Part shown: one piece after another, positions 1-8,282 of the stretch
How the letters are laid out: the number at the start of each line of letters is the position of its first letter
Position numbering within the stretch: position 1 is the stretch's first letter
Assembly: GCA_035545575.1 (NCBI GenBank)
Contig: DASZYB010000045.1
Location: 6,030-70,029 of the forward strand
Source: Opitutaceae bacterium
Lineage (GTDB): Bacteria > Verrucomicrobiota > Verrucomicrobiia > Opitutales > Opitutaceae
Direction of reading: 5' to 3'
DNA length: 64,000 nucleotides
Made by a program: the position numbers and the translations under genes
Notes under the pieces: generated by a model
What the model was told of the DNA's origin: nothing
The model's input: the letters and a program-made list of their open reading frames with translations, nothing else
Databases searched by the model: none

Positions 1-313
1 CGTCGCGCACATGAAACTTCTCGCGAACCTCTTCACCGATTTGAAAGGCGTGCGCGAGGACGAGGACACGCTGCTCGACCGCACGATGATTCTCTACGGC
101 TCGAATCTCGGCGACGCCAACGCGCATGTCTGCACGAACATGCCGGTGATCTTCGCCGGCGGCGGCTTCCGCCACGGCCAGCACCTCGGCTTCGATCGCG
201 AAAACAATTACCCACTGCCGAATCTGTTCGTCTCGATGCTCCAGCGGATGGGGATCGAGCAGGATAAATTCGCGTCGTCGACCGGCACGATGCGCGGCTT
301 GGAAATGGCCTGA
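1..313 (+). CDS. DUF1552-family protein, C-terminal fragment (gene begins upstream of the window)
   Basis: The frame is open to the window edge. The C-terminal sequence [57 protein letters not shown] matches my recollection of the conserved DUF1552 C-terminus. Confidence 0.6.
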   Translation, partial: VAHMKLLANLFTDLKGVREDEDTLLDRTMILYGSNLGDANAHVCTNMPVIFAGGGFRHGQHLGFDRENNYPLPNLFVSMLQRMGIEQDKFASSTGTMRGLEMA

Positions 314-325
314 CGCCTCCGCGCC

Positions 326-730
326 TTGCTTCCGATGAAACTCCGCGTGTTGACGCTCGTCGCGCTGTGGTCGTTAGCGTCGTCGACATTCGCCGCCGAA
401 ACGAAATCCGCTGAGCCCGCGCCCGCTCCCACACCGGCGCCCCTGACCGCCGAGCAGAAAGCCGCGCTCGAAATCGCGGACAACGTGATCGCGAAATTCG
501 CCGCGCTGCTCGCCAAGGACGACGACGCGCGGCATCGCGCGGCCACGCAGCTGCTGCTCGACGACTACAAAAAACGGCGCGACGCCCTCCACCAAGAATT
601 CGACCAGTCGCGTTACGACGAACTGCGCATCGATCTGAATCTCGAATACCAGCGGCTCGCCCGCTGGATGGCGCCACCGAACAATCCGCCGCCCGCGAAA
701 AATTCCGCAAACACGGCGCCGGCAAAGTAG
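326..730 (+). CDS. Hypothetical secreted protein (signal peptide, Ala/Pro-rich linker)
   Basis: 134-aa ORF with N-terminal MKLRVLTLVALWSLASSTFA signal-like segment. The composition is coding-like. No family recognised. Confidence 0.45.
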   Translation: MLPMKLRVLTLVALWSLASSTFAAETKSAEPAPAPTPAPLTAEQKAALEIADNVIAKFAALLAKDDDARHRAATQLLLDDYKKRRDALHQEFDQSRYDELRIDLNLEYQRLARWMAPPNNPPPAKNSANTAPAK

Positions 731-841
731 TCCGCCAGATTGGCGCTTGGAGCAATGCGGGCAACGCGCGCTGAAGCGCGCCTCAATTCTCCTAACTCGC
801 GCAACAAAAACGCCTCCCGAGCGGCCGGGAGGCGTTCAAAT

Positions 842-918
<77 letters not shown>

Positions 919-1132
919 ACAAAGGGAGGCGCAACGTCCTTACCGCCACGCGCGCTGTCAACGCCATTTTCGCTTTTCCGCACTTCACGCTTGCCAGTGC
1001 CGCCGGCGCGCGGTGTTTTGGCCGGCTCTGTCAGTTCGTCCGCGTTCGTTCTAACCAACTACAATCCTCAACATCCATCGATCGCAAGGCGGCCCATCGG
1101 CCGACCTGTGTGTCGTCAGATACATAGATCAC

Positions 1133-2032
1133 ATGTCCATCAGCATCACTCCGAAAGACCTGCTCGACGCAGGCGTGCACTTCGGCCACCAGACCAAGCG
1201 CTGGAATCCGCGCTCCAAGCCGTTCATCTTCGATCACCGGCAGGGCGTCACCATCATCGACCTCGGCAAGACGCACGAGGCGCTCACCAAGGCCTGCACC
1301 TTCCTCGAGGAAAGCGTCGCCAACGGCGGCAACGTCCTCTTCGTCGGCACCAAGCGCCAGGCCAAGGAAATCGTCCGTGAAGCGGCCTCCTCGGTCAACA
1401 TGCCCATGGTCGTCGACCGCTGGCTCGGCGGCACGCTGACGAATTACGAGACGGTCAAGAAATCCATCGCGAAGTTTAAGAAGTATCAGGCGATGGAGAC
1501 GAGCGGCGAGATGTCGAAGCTCCCGCGCAAGGAAGAGTCCGCCATCAAGCGCGAGATGACGCGCATGCAGAAAAATTTCAACGGCATCGCCGACATGGGC
1601 GGGCTGCCCTCCGCGATGTTCGTGGTCGATGTCAATCACCACAAGATCGCCGTCGCCGAAGCCGCGCGCGCAGGCATCCCGTGCGTCGGCATCGTCGATA
1701 CCAACTCGGATCCGACGACCGTCTCGCATCCGATTCCCGGCAACGACGACGCCGTGAAATCCATCCGCATCATCGTCGAGGCGGTCACCGCCGCGATCCA
1801 GAGCGGACTCGCCCAGCGCGATTCGCGTCGCGCGCAACGCGGCGCGGCCGATCTCAAGGCGACCCAGGCCGGCGTCGAGCAGACTCCCGCCGCGGCGGCG
1901 ACGGACGATGTCGATCTTTCCCGCGTCGAACTCCCGGCGGATGTCGCCGCCGTCGTCGAGGGCGACACCGAAGCAGTGGCGCCGAAGAAAAAAATCGTCC
2001 GCGCCAAGCGGCCGCCGGTGAAAGCCGAATAA
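1133..2032 (+). CDS. rpsB: 30S ribosomal protein S2
   Basis: N-terminus ITPKDLLDAGVHFGHQTKRWNPRSKPFIFDHRQGVTIIDL is the canonical S2 signature. It lies immediately upstream of tsf, the conserved rpsB-tsf pair. Confidence 0.97.
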   Translation: MSISITPKDLLDAGVHFGHQTKRWNPRSKPFIFDHRQGVTIIDLGKTHEALTKACTFLEESVANGGNVLFVGTKRQAKEIVREAASSVNMPMVVDRWLGGTLTNYETVKKSIAKFKKYQAMETSGEMSKLPRKEESAIKREMTRMQKNFNGIADMGGLPSAMFVVDVNHHKIAVAEAARAGIPCVGIVDTNSDPTTVSHPIPGNDDAVKSIRIIVEAVTAAIQSGLAQRDSRRAQRGAADLKATQAGVEQTPAAAATDDVDLSRVELPADVAAVVEGDTEAVAPKKKIVRAKRPPVKAE

Positions 2033-2044
2033 CGTTTTCGCTCC

Positions 2045-2644
2045 ATGAGCACCAACCCGACCATTTCCGCCCAGACGGTCGCCGAGCTTCGCGAGAAGAC
2101 CGGCGCCGGCCTGCTCGACTGCAAGAAGGCCCTCACCGAGGCCAACGGCAACATGGAGGAAGCGATCACGATCCTCCGCAAGAAAGGCGCCGCCTCCGCC
2201 GCGAAGAAGGCCGAGCGCGCCACGAAGGAAGGCCTCATCCACAGCTACATTCACGTCGGCGGCAAAGTCGGCGTGATGATCGAGGTGAATTGCGAGACCG
2301 ATTTCGTCGCGCGCAACGACGGCTTCAAGGCCTTCGTCAACGACCTCTGCCTCCAGATCGCCGCCGCGAGCCCGCTCTACGTCGGCCGCGACGAGGTGAC
2401 CGAGGCCGAGCTCGCCAAGGAGCGTGACATCGCCGCCGCGCAGGTTCAGGGCAAGCCGCCGGCCGCAGTGCAGAAGATCGTCGAGGGCAAGCTCGAGAAA
2501 TATTACTCGACCGTGTGTCTCCTCGATCAGCCGTTCGTGAAGCAGCCGGAAAAGACGGTGAAGGAAATGCTCACCGAGCAGATCGCGAAGATCGGCGAGA
2601 ACATCCAGGTCCGCCGCTTCATCCGCTACCAGCTCGGTTCCTGA
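2045..2644 (+). CDS. tsf: Translation elongation factor Ts (short form)
   Basis: ISAQTVAELREKTGAGLLDCKKALTEANGNMEEAITILRKKG is the UBA-like N-terminus of EF-Ts. VEVNCETDFVARND is the core motif. Confidence 0.95.
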   Translation: MSTNPTISAQTVAELREKTGAGLLDCKKALTEANGNMEEAITILRKKGAASAAKKAERATKEGLIHSYIHVGGKVGVMIEVNCETDFVARNDGFKAFVNDLCLQIAAASPLYVGRDEVTEAELAKERDIAAAQVQGKPPAAVQKIVEGKLEKYYSTVCLLDQPFVKQPEKTVKEMLTEQIAKIGENIQVRRFIRYQLGS

Positions 2645-2670
2645 ACCGATCAACCCGTTTGCCATTTCCG

Positions 2671-2702
2671 AGGCGCTCCCTTTCGCTGGAGCGCCTTTTT
2701 TA
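2671..2702 (+). terminator. Rho-independent terminator after tsf
   Basis: aggcgctcc (2671-2679) pairs with ggagcgcct (2688-2696) and is followed by a T-run (ttttttat). Confidence 0.7.
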
Positions 2703-2709
2703 TTTCCCG

Positions 2710-3123
2710 ATGAAAGTCACGCGCGGCCAGATTATCGCCCGAGGCCTGACCAATCGCTGCCCGAACTGCGGCAGCCGCACGCTGTTCAAGCCCGGCACGC
2801 TGTTTCAATTGAACAAAGCGTGCCCGGCCTGCGGGTTCAGGTTCGAGCGCGACAACGACGAAGGTTTTTTCCTCGGCTCGATGTCGCTCAATTACGGCGT
2901 GACGCTCGTGTGCTTCCTGCTCCCCGTGCTGCTGCTCTGGTATTACAAGGTCATCGGCGGCACGACGGCCGCGGTGCTCGCCGTCTTCGGCGCCTTCGGT
3001 TTTCCCGCGCTCTTCTACCGCTCGTCGCGGAGCTGGTGGCTGATGAATTACTATTTCTTCCTCCCGCACCATCTGCCGGCCAACGGCGGCAAAGGCCGCG
3101 GCGGCGAGGACGAAAACACCTGA
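2710..3123 (+). CDS. DUF983 domain-containing membrane protein
   Basis: ATG at 2710. MKVTRGQIIARGLTNRCPNCGSRTLFKPGTLFQLNKACPACGFRFERDNDEGFFLGSM is a zinc-ribbon (CxxC...CxxC), followed by two hydrophobic helices as in DUF983. Confidence 0.75.
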   Translation: MKVTRGQIIARGLTNRCPNCGSRTLFKPGTLFQLNKACPACGFRFERDNDEGFFLGSMSLNYGVTLVCFLLPVLLLWYYKVIGGTTAAVLAVFGAFGFPALFYRSSRSWWLMNYYFFLPHHLPANGGKGRGGEDENT

Positions 3124-3229
3124 GCGAGCGCCGCGGAAAGTCACCGCGCGCGCAAGCGATCGCGCGTGAAAATCGTCGCGCCAGCCCGAACGGCCTGTCG
3201 TTCGCGACGCGCAGCGCCTCCGCGGCATG

Positions 3230-4054
3230 TGCCGAAGTCCGGTTGCGATGCGATCCATGATCGTGTGCGTGTCTTGTTTCCGCTGTTTCGGCCACTTCAG
3301 CCAAATATCGACATCGACCGGCGTCGATTCCGTCAGGCCGGAAAGTTCCAAATCGTCCGCGACGTCCGCCATCTTCGGGCCAAGCCCTTCCAACAACGCC
3401 CTGATGCCGGCCCAGCTCTTGCCCGACGGTCGGAACAGCTTCATGGCGGAGCCCACGGGTCCGTCGGCCGTCTGCATTCCGAGTTCCGTTGAGAAGTGGA
3501 TGGATTTTGCCGTCCGAATCTTTGCTTCCTTGTCGGGCTTGATCCGATTAGATAACCGCACGGATTGCGGCTCAGAGAGCAGGTGCGTCGTTCTAAGAAA
3601 CCAATTCAGATGAGATTCCAGTTCGGCGCTACGCATCGCCGCGGAAGGTAAAATAACGACGTGATTCTTGTTCACCCCAAAAGTGCAGCATGTTCTCGAT
3701 GAGCTGTAGCTTCTGGCCTTTGTCGTTCTTCACCTCGACATCCTCGATATCGAGAGACGTTTTTCCCCAGTCAACTTGCGTCGCGGCGGCGGTCATTCCG
3801 GGTGTGAACGCGAGGACTTCGAAAAAGGTCATCCCGTATGACTGCGACCGATAATTTGTGACCATACACGAGCTGCTCTCCTCGTGTGTTATTTGGCGCC
3901 GTCCACCGAGCGCCGTCGTAGCGGTCCAAGCCGCGTTCAGTAACTCCTCGATCGTTTTTTCGGAGGGCTCGATCGCGTAAGTCGCTATTTTATAGAGAAG
4001 ATTTTTGCGCCGCGGGATCGTGTTTTCTTTCGCTGGGTCTTTTTTTCGGGACAT
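3230..4054 (-). pseudogene. Disrupted gene of unknown function (two overlapping reading frames; 3' end lost)
   Basis: Frame A (ATG 4054 to stop at 3626-3628) ends ...LIENMLHFWGEQESRRYFTFRGDA. Frame B restarts at GTG 3675 (NKNHVVILPSAAMRSAELESHLNWF...). Frame B stays protein-like to about 3230. It then runs without a stop as low-complexity Arg/Ala sequence antisense through the DUF983 gene to 2650. The region is visibly more A/T-rich than its flanks. Confidence 0.4.
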
Positions 4055-4390
4055 GAGTCTACTGCTCCTGCAGCGCCGTGGGAACCAGACACGGAGCCGA
4101 ATGGTTGCTGACAGAGGGGTAAACCCATTTCGCGACTCTGTAGATGGGTAAGCAAGACAGAACGAGAAATCCGTGCGCTTTTTGCGCACGTGGGCCTACT
4201 GCGAAAGACGACATTCGCTTCGCCGCCACCTTCGCACGCAGCCGCTACTCGCTCCCCCCTCGCGCTCACCGCGCTGACGCTGCGTGCCGTTCTCGGGACA
4301 GCCTGTGCGAGTGCGCTTACTTTTTCCGCCCCACGATTTGTTGCGAAGGCGATCGGTCGTCGTAAATACGGACTTGTCCGATTCAACAAA

Positions 4391-4741
4391 ATGAAACCCA
4401 TCAAAATCAAACTTCCGCCTTCCGGAAGCACTTACGTCAAATATAGCGACGGCCTCGTCCAATTCGCCGGCATGGCTCATCCCGATGGAACTCACACGTC
4501 GCGCGTAGTCGTCTCGAAGAGCGGCGGCGGTTCGCTCGGTCTGTCGAAAGATTTTCCCGAGGCGGAAAAAAAGCACCACTGGCTCAACGGCTTCGAGGTG
4601 AAGCCGGACGCTCAAAAAGAACACGAGACCGAAGCCGTCGTCGCAACACTGATCAGCGAAGGCATAGCGACAATCGTCCAGGGCGAAAGCGCCGCAGCCT
4701 TCAATCCAGGTAGTCGAAATGGAGAAGGTCGACGGCCTTGA
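4391..4741 (+). CDS. Hypothetical small protein
   Basis: ATG at 4391 (MKPIKIKLPPSGSTYVKYSDGLVQFAGMAHPDG...). The composition is coding-like and the opposite-strand ORF looks non-coding. Confidence 0.4.
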   Translation: MKPIKIKLPPSGSTYVKYSDGLVQFAGMAHPDGTHTSRVVVSKSGGGSLGLSKDFPEAEKKHHWLNGFEVKPDAQKEHETEAVVATLISEGIATIVQGESAAAFNPGSRNGEGRRP

Positions 4742-4799
4742 TCGACGTGTAATGCTGCGACTCAATGATCGTGTGCGCGCCCGGCGCTCGCGTTTAGCA

Positions 4800-5114
4800 A
4801 TGAAACGCGCGGCTACATACCTTGCATCGATTGTCGCAGCAGGGTTGGCAACATGGGCGACTCGGCAGCCCGATGTGGCGGAGATGGTGTGGATCGCGTT
4901 CGCGACTTCGATCGCGGGGAGCATTGCCGGGACTGGCGCAACGCTGATATTTTTCGAGTCGGCCAGCGTCGATGACGCCGCTTCTGATTTGCGCCGATTC
5001 GCGGAGGCCGCGAAGAGCGGTAAAATTGAGGCCGCGCGATTGCACGCTGCGGGCAGCGACGCTTCGACTGCCCCAAGGCCGTCGAAGCGGCGCGCATCGA
5101 CGGGCGGGGCATGA
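4800..5114 (+). CDS. Hypothetical membrane protein (two predicted TM helices)
   Basis: ATG at 4800 (MKRAATYLASIVAAGLATWATRQ...VWIAFATSIAGSIAGTGATLIFF). The start is uncertain because the ORF opens at 4719. Confidence 0.3.
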   Translation: MKRAATYLASIVAAGLATWATRQPDVAEMVWIAFATSIAGSIAGTGATLIFFESASVDDAASDLRRFAEAAKSGKIEAARLHAAGSDASTAPRPSKRRASTGGA

Positions 5115-5288
5115 CAAAAAGGTTTTCAAAGGTTTGACCTTTTGGCCCGGTGGCGCGGATTTCTTCTCAAACCTGCCCGGCGCGCGGATTTCTCCGCAAG
5201 TGCTTGGTTTTCGGGATCGTTCGGGCTGATTCGGCCTGATCGCGCTGATTTTCAAACCTCCTGTCCTCCTTCATCATGGCGACGATAC

Positions 5289-5313
5289 TGGCGGAGAGGG
5301 TGGGATTCGAACC
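5289..5313 (-). other. 3' fragment of a tRNA-Ser-like gene (T-loop to CCA only): probable att-site scar and island boundary
   Basis: The reverse complement reads GGTTCGAATCCCACCCTCTCCGCCA. That is a T-loop, the 3' half of the T-stem, a CTCTCCG acceptor strand and CCA. The sequence beyond 5313 cannot complete the T-stem (cctct where cccac is required). No D-arm or anticodon arm is present. Confidence 0.6.
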
Positions 5314-5479
5314 TCTTGGGAGCGACTTACCGAATTACCAGCAAAGCAAGGCTTTGATGTTATTGGTTAGTGGTTTAGAACTGCAAAAATATGCAGCCAT
5401 TTTCGTCTTTTTGAAAGCTAAAACATGATTTCTGCCAAATCTCTGGCAAAGATTTTGAGGGTGGGATCTCTGCCCACGC

Positions 5480-7468
5480 TCACTTTGGCTCAGTGTTGCT
5501 CTTCAGCAACCGCAGTGAGTTCGCCACGACGAGCAATGTCGCTCCGGTGTCGGCCATAATCGCGAGCCAAAGACTCGTATAGCCAACAAGCGCGAGTGCC
5601 AGAAACAGCGCTTTGAGTCCGAGCGCGAATCCGATGTTGAAGCGGATGATCGCCAGTGTGCGCCGTCCGAGTCGGATGGTTTCGGCAATCTTGCTCAGGT
5701 CGTCTTTCATCAAGGCGACATCGGAAGTCTCGATCGCCGCGTCGGTGCCGGCGGCACCCATGGCGATCCCGATGGTGGCCGTTGCCATCGCGGGCGCGTC
5801 GTTAATCCCATCGCCGACCATCCCGACAACGTCGAATTTTCCACGCAGCGACTTCACCGCCGCCACCTTGTCTTCCGGCAGCAAATCGCCCCGTGCTTCG
5901 TCGATCCCAACCTGCTGAGCGATGAAAGACGCGGCACGCTGGTTATCGCCGCTCAGCATCACGACTTTTTCGATTCCCGAATTGTGCAGCGCACTCACGG
6001 CGTCGCGGGCGTTAGTCCGAATCGTATCGCCGACCGCGATGATCCCGAGCACCTCGCCCTTGCATTCATCGTGCGGACGATGCCCGACTACGACAACCGA
6101 CTGACCTTGGCCTTCGATTTCGGCGAGTCGCCGCTCGATGGCATCGGAACACACGCCCAATTCGTGAGTGAACCGATGATTACCCACAAAGAACGGGTGA
6201 CCATCGATGATTCCCTGGGCACCACGGCCGCTGTGATTTTGGTAGTCTTGGGCACGCTCAAACTGAATCCCACGTTCCTTGGCATATTGAACGACCGCTG
6301 CCGCCAAAGGATGCGACGAATGCACATCAACCGCCGCAGCCATACGCACGATCTCGTCTTCTGAATGGCCGGACAGCGGCTGGACTCGTTGCACGGAAGG
6401 CCGACCCTCGGTTATGGTCCCCGTCTTGTCGACGGCGAGAGCGCGTAGCCGAGCAATCGCTTCAAGGTGTGCGCCACCCTTTACCAGCACCCCGCGCCGG
6501 GCCAGGGCCGTTAGCCCGGCTACGATGCTGACCGGCGTTGAGATTACCAACGCACAGGGACAAGCAATAATGAGCAGTACGCACGCGCGGTAGAGCCATG
6601 TGCTCCAGTCGCCGTGAAAGAGCAGCGGCGGACCGAGGAAGATCAGGAACGCAATCAGCGTGACCGCTGGTGTGTAGTATCGGGCAAAAACGTCGACGAA
6701 ACGCTGGCTGGGCGCTTTCTGCTCCTGCGCTTCCTGGACGAGACGGATAATTCGGGCAAGCGTCGTATCTCCGGCCAGCTTCGTGACTTTGATTTCAAGT
6801 GCCCCGCTGCCGTTTACTGAGCCGGCGAACACCCCGTCGCCGGGTTTCTTTTCGACCGGAAGCGATTCGCCGGTGATCGGGGCTTGATTGACGGCTGAAT
6901 TGCCTGAACTCACTTCGCCATCGAGCGGAATATTCATCCCGGATTTCACCGCGACGGTATCGCCCACCTTCACTTCTTCGACCGGGACTTCGACGAATTG
7001 TCCGTCGCGTTTTAACAGGGCGGTCTTCGGAGCAATTTCGAGCAACGCTTCGATGGCTCGTTGGGCGCGACGATCCGCCCAGCCTTCCAGCCACTCGGCG
7101 ACACCGAAAAGGAACACGACCGTACCGGCTTCCGACCATTGTCCCACCACGGACGCACCGATGGCCGCAATGACGACGAGCAGATTGATGTCGGGGCGGA
7201 ACCGCCGCACTGCGCCCCAAGCGCTCGGCAGTAAGAACCACCCGCCGGCGATCATGGCCGCAACGGAGACCCACCGGACCGCCTCCTCGAAGTGGGTCCA
7301 ATGCAATCCTAACGCGACGCCAACGAGCATGCCGGAGACTACGAGGCTTATCGTGGTGGCGGGACCTTCCGAATGCTCGTGATCGTGCCCGTGTCCATGA
7401 TGGCCATGATCATGGCCGTGATCGTCGCTGTCCGGGCTGTCGTGATCGTGATCGTCGTGAGCGTGCAT
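5480..7468 (-). CDS. Heavy-metal translocating P1B-type ATPase (Zn/Cd/Co-type) with His-rich N-terminus
   Basis: N-terminus MHAHDDHDHDSPDSDDHGHDHGHHGHGHDHEH. Also present: TM6 motif [13 protein letters not shown], phosphorylation site AVDKTGTITEG and hinge [11 protein letters not shown]. Confidence 0.95.
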   Translation of the reverse strand: MHAHDDHDHDSPDSDDHGHDHGHHGHGHDHEHSEGPATTISLVVSGMLVGVALGLHWTHFEEAVRWVSVAAMIAGGWFLLPSAWGAVRRFRPDINLLVVIAAIGASVVGQWSEAGTVVFLFGVAEWLEGWADRRAQRAIEALLEIAPKTALLKRDGQFVEVPVEEVKVGDTVAVKSGMNIPLDGEVSSGNSAVNQAPITGESLPVEKKPGDGVFAGSVNGSGALEIKVTKLAGDTTLARIIRLVQEAQEQKAPSQRFVDVFARYYTPAVTLIAFLIFLGPPLLFHGDWSTWLYRACVLLIIACPCALVISTPVSIVAGLTALARRGVLVKGGAHLEAIARLRALAVDKTGTITEGRPSVQRVQPLSGHSEDEIVRMAAAVDVHSSHPLAAAVVQYAKERGIQFERAQDYQNHSGRGAQGIIDGHPFFVGNHRFTHELGVCSDAIERRLAEIEGQGQSVVVVGHRPHDECKGEVLGIIAVGDTIRTNARDAVSALHNSGIEKVVMLSGDNQRAASFIAQQVGIDEARGDLLPEDKVAAVKSLRGKFDVVGMVGDGINDAPAMATATIGIAMGAAGTDAAIETSDVALMKDDLSKIAETIRLGRRTLAIIRFNIGFALGLKALFLALALVGYTSLWLAIMADTGATLLVVANSLRLLKSNTEPK

Positions 7469-7502
7469 GACAGTGCGTGAACAATGCGAAATGGGCGCCG
7501 GG

Positions 7503-7781
7503 CTATTTGAGATACGTTCGAATCACATCGACCAGTTCATCGGCAGCCTGTGCTTGTTTGGATGACGGTTTGCCGTCTTGGCTGAGCACGTGAAACCGCA
7601 CATGGGTTTCGAGCACCTTAGACATGAGCGAATTGATTGCACCCCGCGTCGCGGCGAGGGTCATCAGAACGCTCGAACAATCCTGCTCCTCGACGAGCGC
7701 CTGCTCCACAGCGTTAACTTGCCCGCGGATGCGACGAATACGCTGCAGGAGTTTCTCTTTGTCGTGAACGGTATGGACCAT
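7503..7781 (-). CDS. Metal-sensing transcriptional repressor, CsoR/RcnR/FrmR family (DUF156)
   Basis: 92 aa. KEKLLQRIRRIRGQVNAVEQALVEEQDCSSVLMTLAATRGAINSLMSKVLETHVRFHV matches the family helix-bundle pattern, including the conserved Cys and His. It sits directly upstream of the ATPase. Confidence 0.85.
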   Translation of the reverse strand: MVHTVHDKEKLLQRIRRIRGQVNAVEQALVEEQDCSSVLMTLAATRGAINSLMSKVLETHVRFHVLSQDGKPSSKQAQAADELVDVIRTYLK

Positions 7782-7793
7782 GGCGCCGATACC

Positions 7794-7810
7794 ATACCCC
7801 CCTAGGGTAT
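7794..7810. promoter_or_regulatory. CsoR/RcnR-type operator candidate (ATACCC-CCCTA-GGGTAT)
   Basis: Inverted repeat ataccc / gggtat around a C-tract, 13 nt upstream of the repressor start codon. This layout is typical of C/G-tract operators of this family. Confidence 0.55.
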
Positions 7811-7880
7811 GTGGTCAAGTTGTGAACTCGACCTGCAAAATCGGCTGCAGTGCATTGCGATGCCGAATTTGAGAACGGGG

Positions 7881-8282
7881 TCATTTCGGGTGATGAGCCG
7901 CCTCGTGAGCCGTGATCTTGATTTGGACGGTGCCGGCGGGGAGCGTACCGACGTGGAGTCGGTACTTGCCCATGTCTGGGCCGACTCGGGATCGCACCGA
8001 CAGGAAAGTGATCCTGATCATTTCACTTCGCAGTGTCCGTTCGCCTGCATCCCGAAACTCCACGTCGAGATGGGTTGGCCGCGGTATTTCCAATCCGGCC
8101 GTGCGGTACCCTATACCCCGGAAGTCGAGATGCCCGTCCCACATATCGAAGCGCGGTTCGTAGAGGCGAACCGACGGAGATGACGTAACGTGAAAGCCTA
8201 TGGTCGCGGTTTCACGTGGAACCGGTGCGAACGAGCAGCCGGCGAAGCCAAGCGCCGCCAGCACAATCAAGATTCGGATCAC
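7881..8282 (-). CDS. Hypothetical lipoprotein, translationally coupled to czcA
   Basis: The GTG start overlaps the czcA stop (GTGA). MIRILIVLAALGFAGCSF is a lipobox. The C-terminus is HEAAHHPK. Confidence 0.55.
   Translation of the reverse strand: MIRILIVLAALGFAGCSFAPVPRETATIGFHVTSSPSVRLYEPRFDMWDGHLDFRGIGYRTAGLEIPRPTHLDVEFRDAGERTLRSEMIRITFLSVRSRVGPDMGKYRLHVGTLPAGTVQIKITAHEAAHHPK

Noticed and set aside
33-764. 243-aa minus-strand ORF across the DUF1552 end and the secreted-protein gene
   Set aside because: The sequence is Arg/Ala/Ser-rich nonsense, antisense to better coding frames.
1031-2665. 544-aa ORF on the minus strand spanning rpsB and tsf
   Set aside because: It is antisense to two unmistakable housekeeping genes. 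The composition is Asp/Gly/Arg/Ala-rich and low-complexity, which is typical of a high-GC antisense artefact.
2650-3675. Full-length 341-aa minus-strand ORF taken as one intact gene
   Set aside because: Only the first ~148 aa look protein-like. The remainder is antisense to the DUF983 gene and low-complexity. It is treated as a truncated remnant, not an intact CDS.
5289-5360. A complete tRNA-Ser or tmRNA gene at this position
   Set aside because: Only the T-loop and acceptor 3' strand are present. The T-stem 5' half, variable arm, anticodon arm and D-arm cannot be formed from the adjacent sequence.
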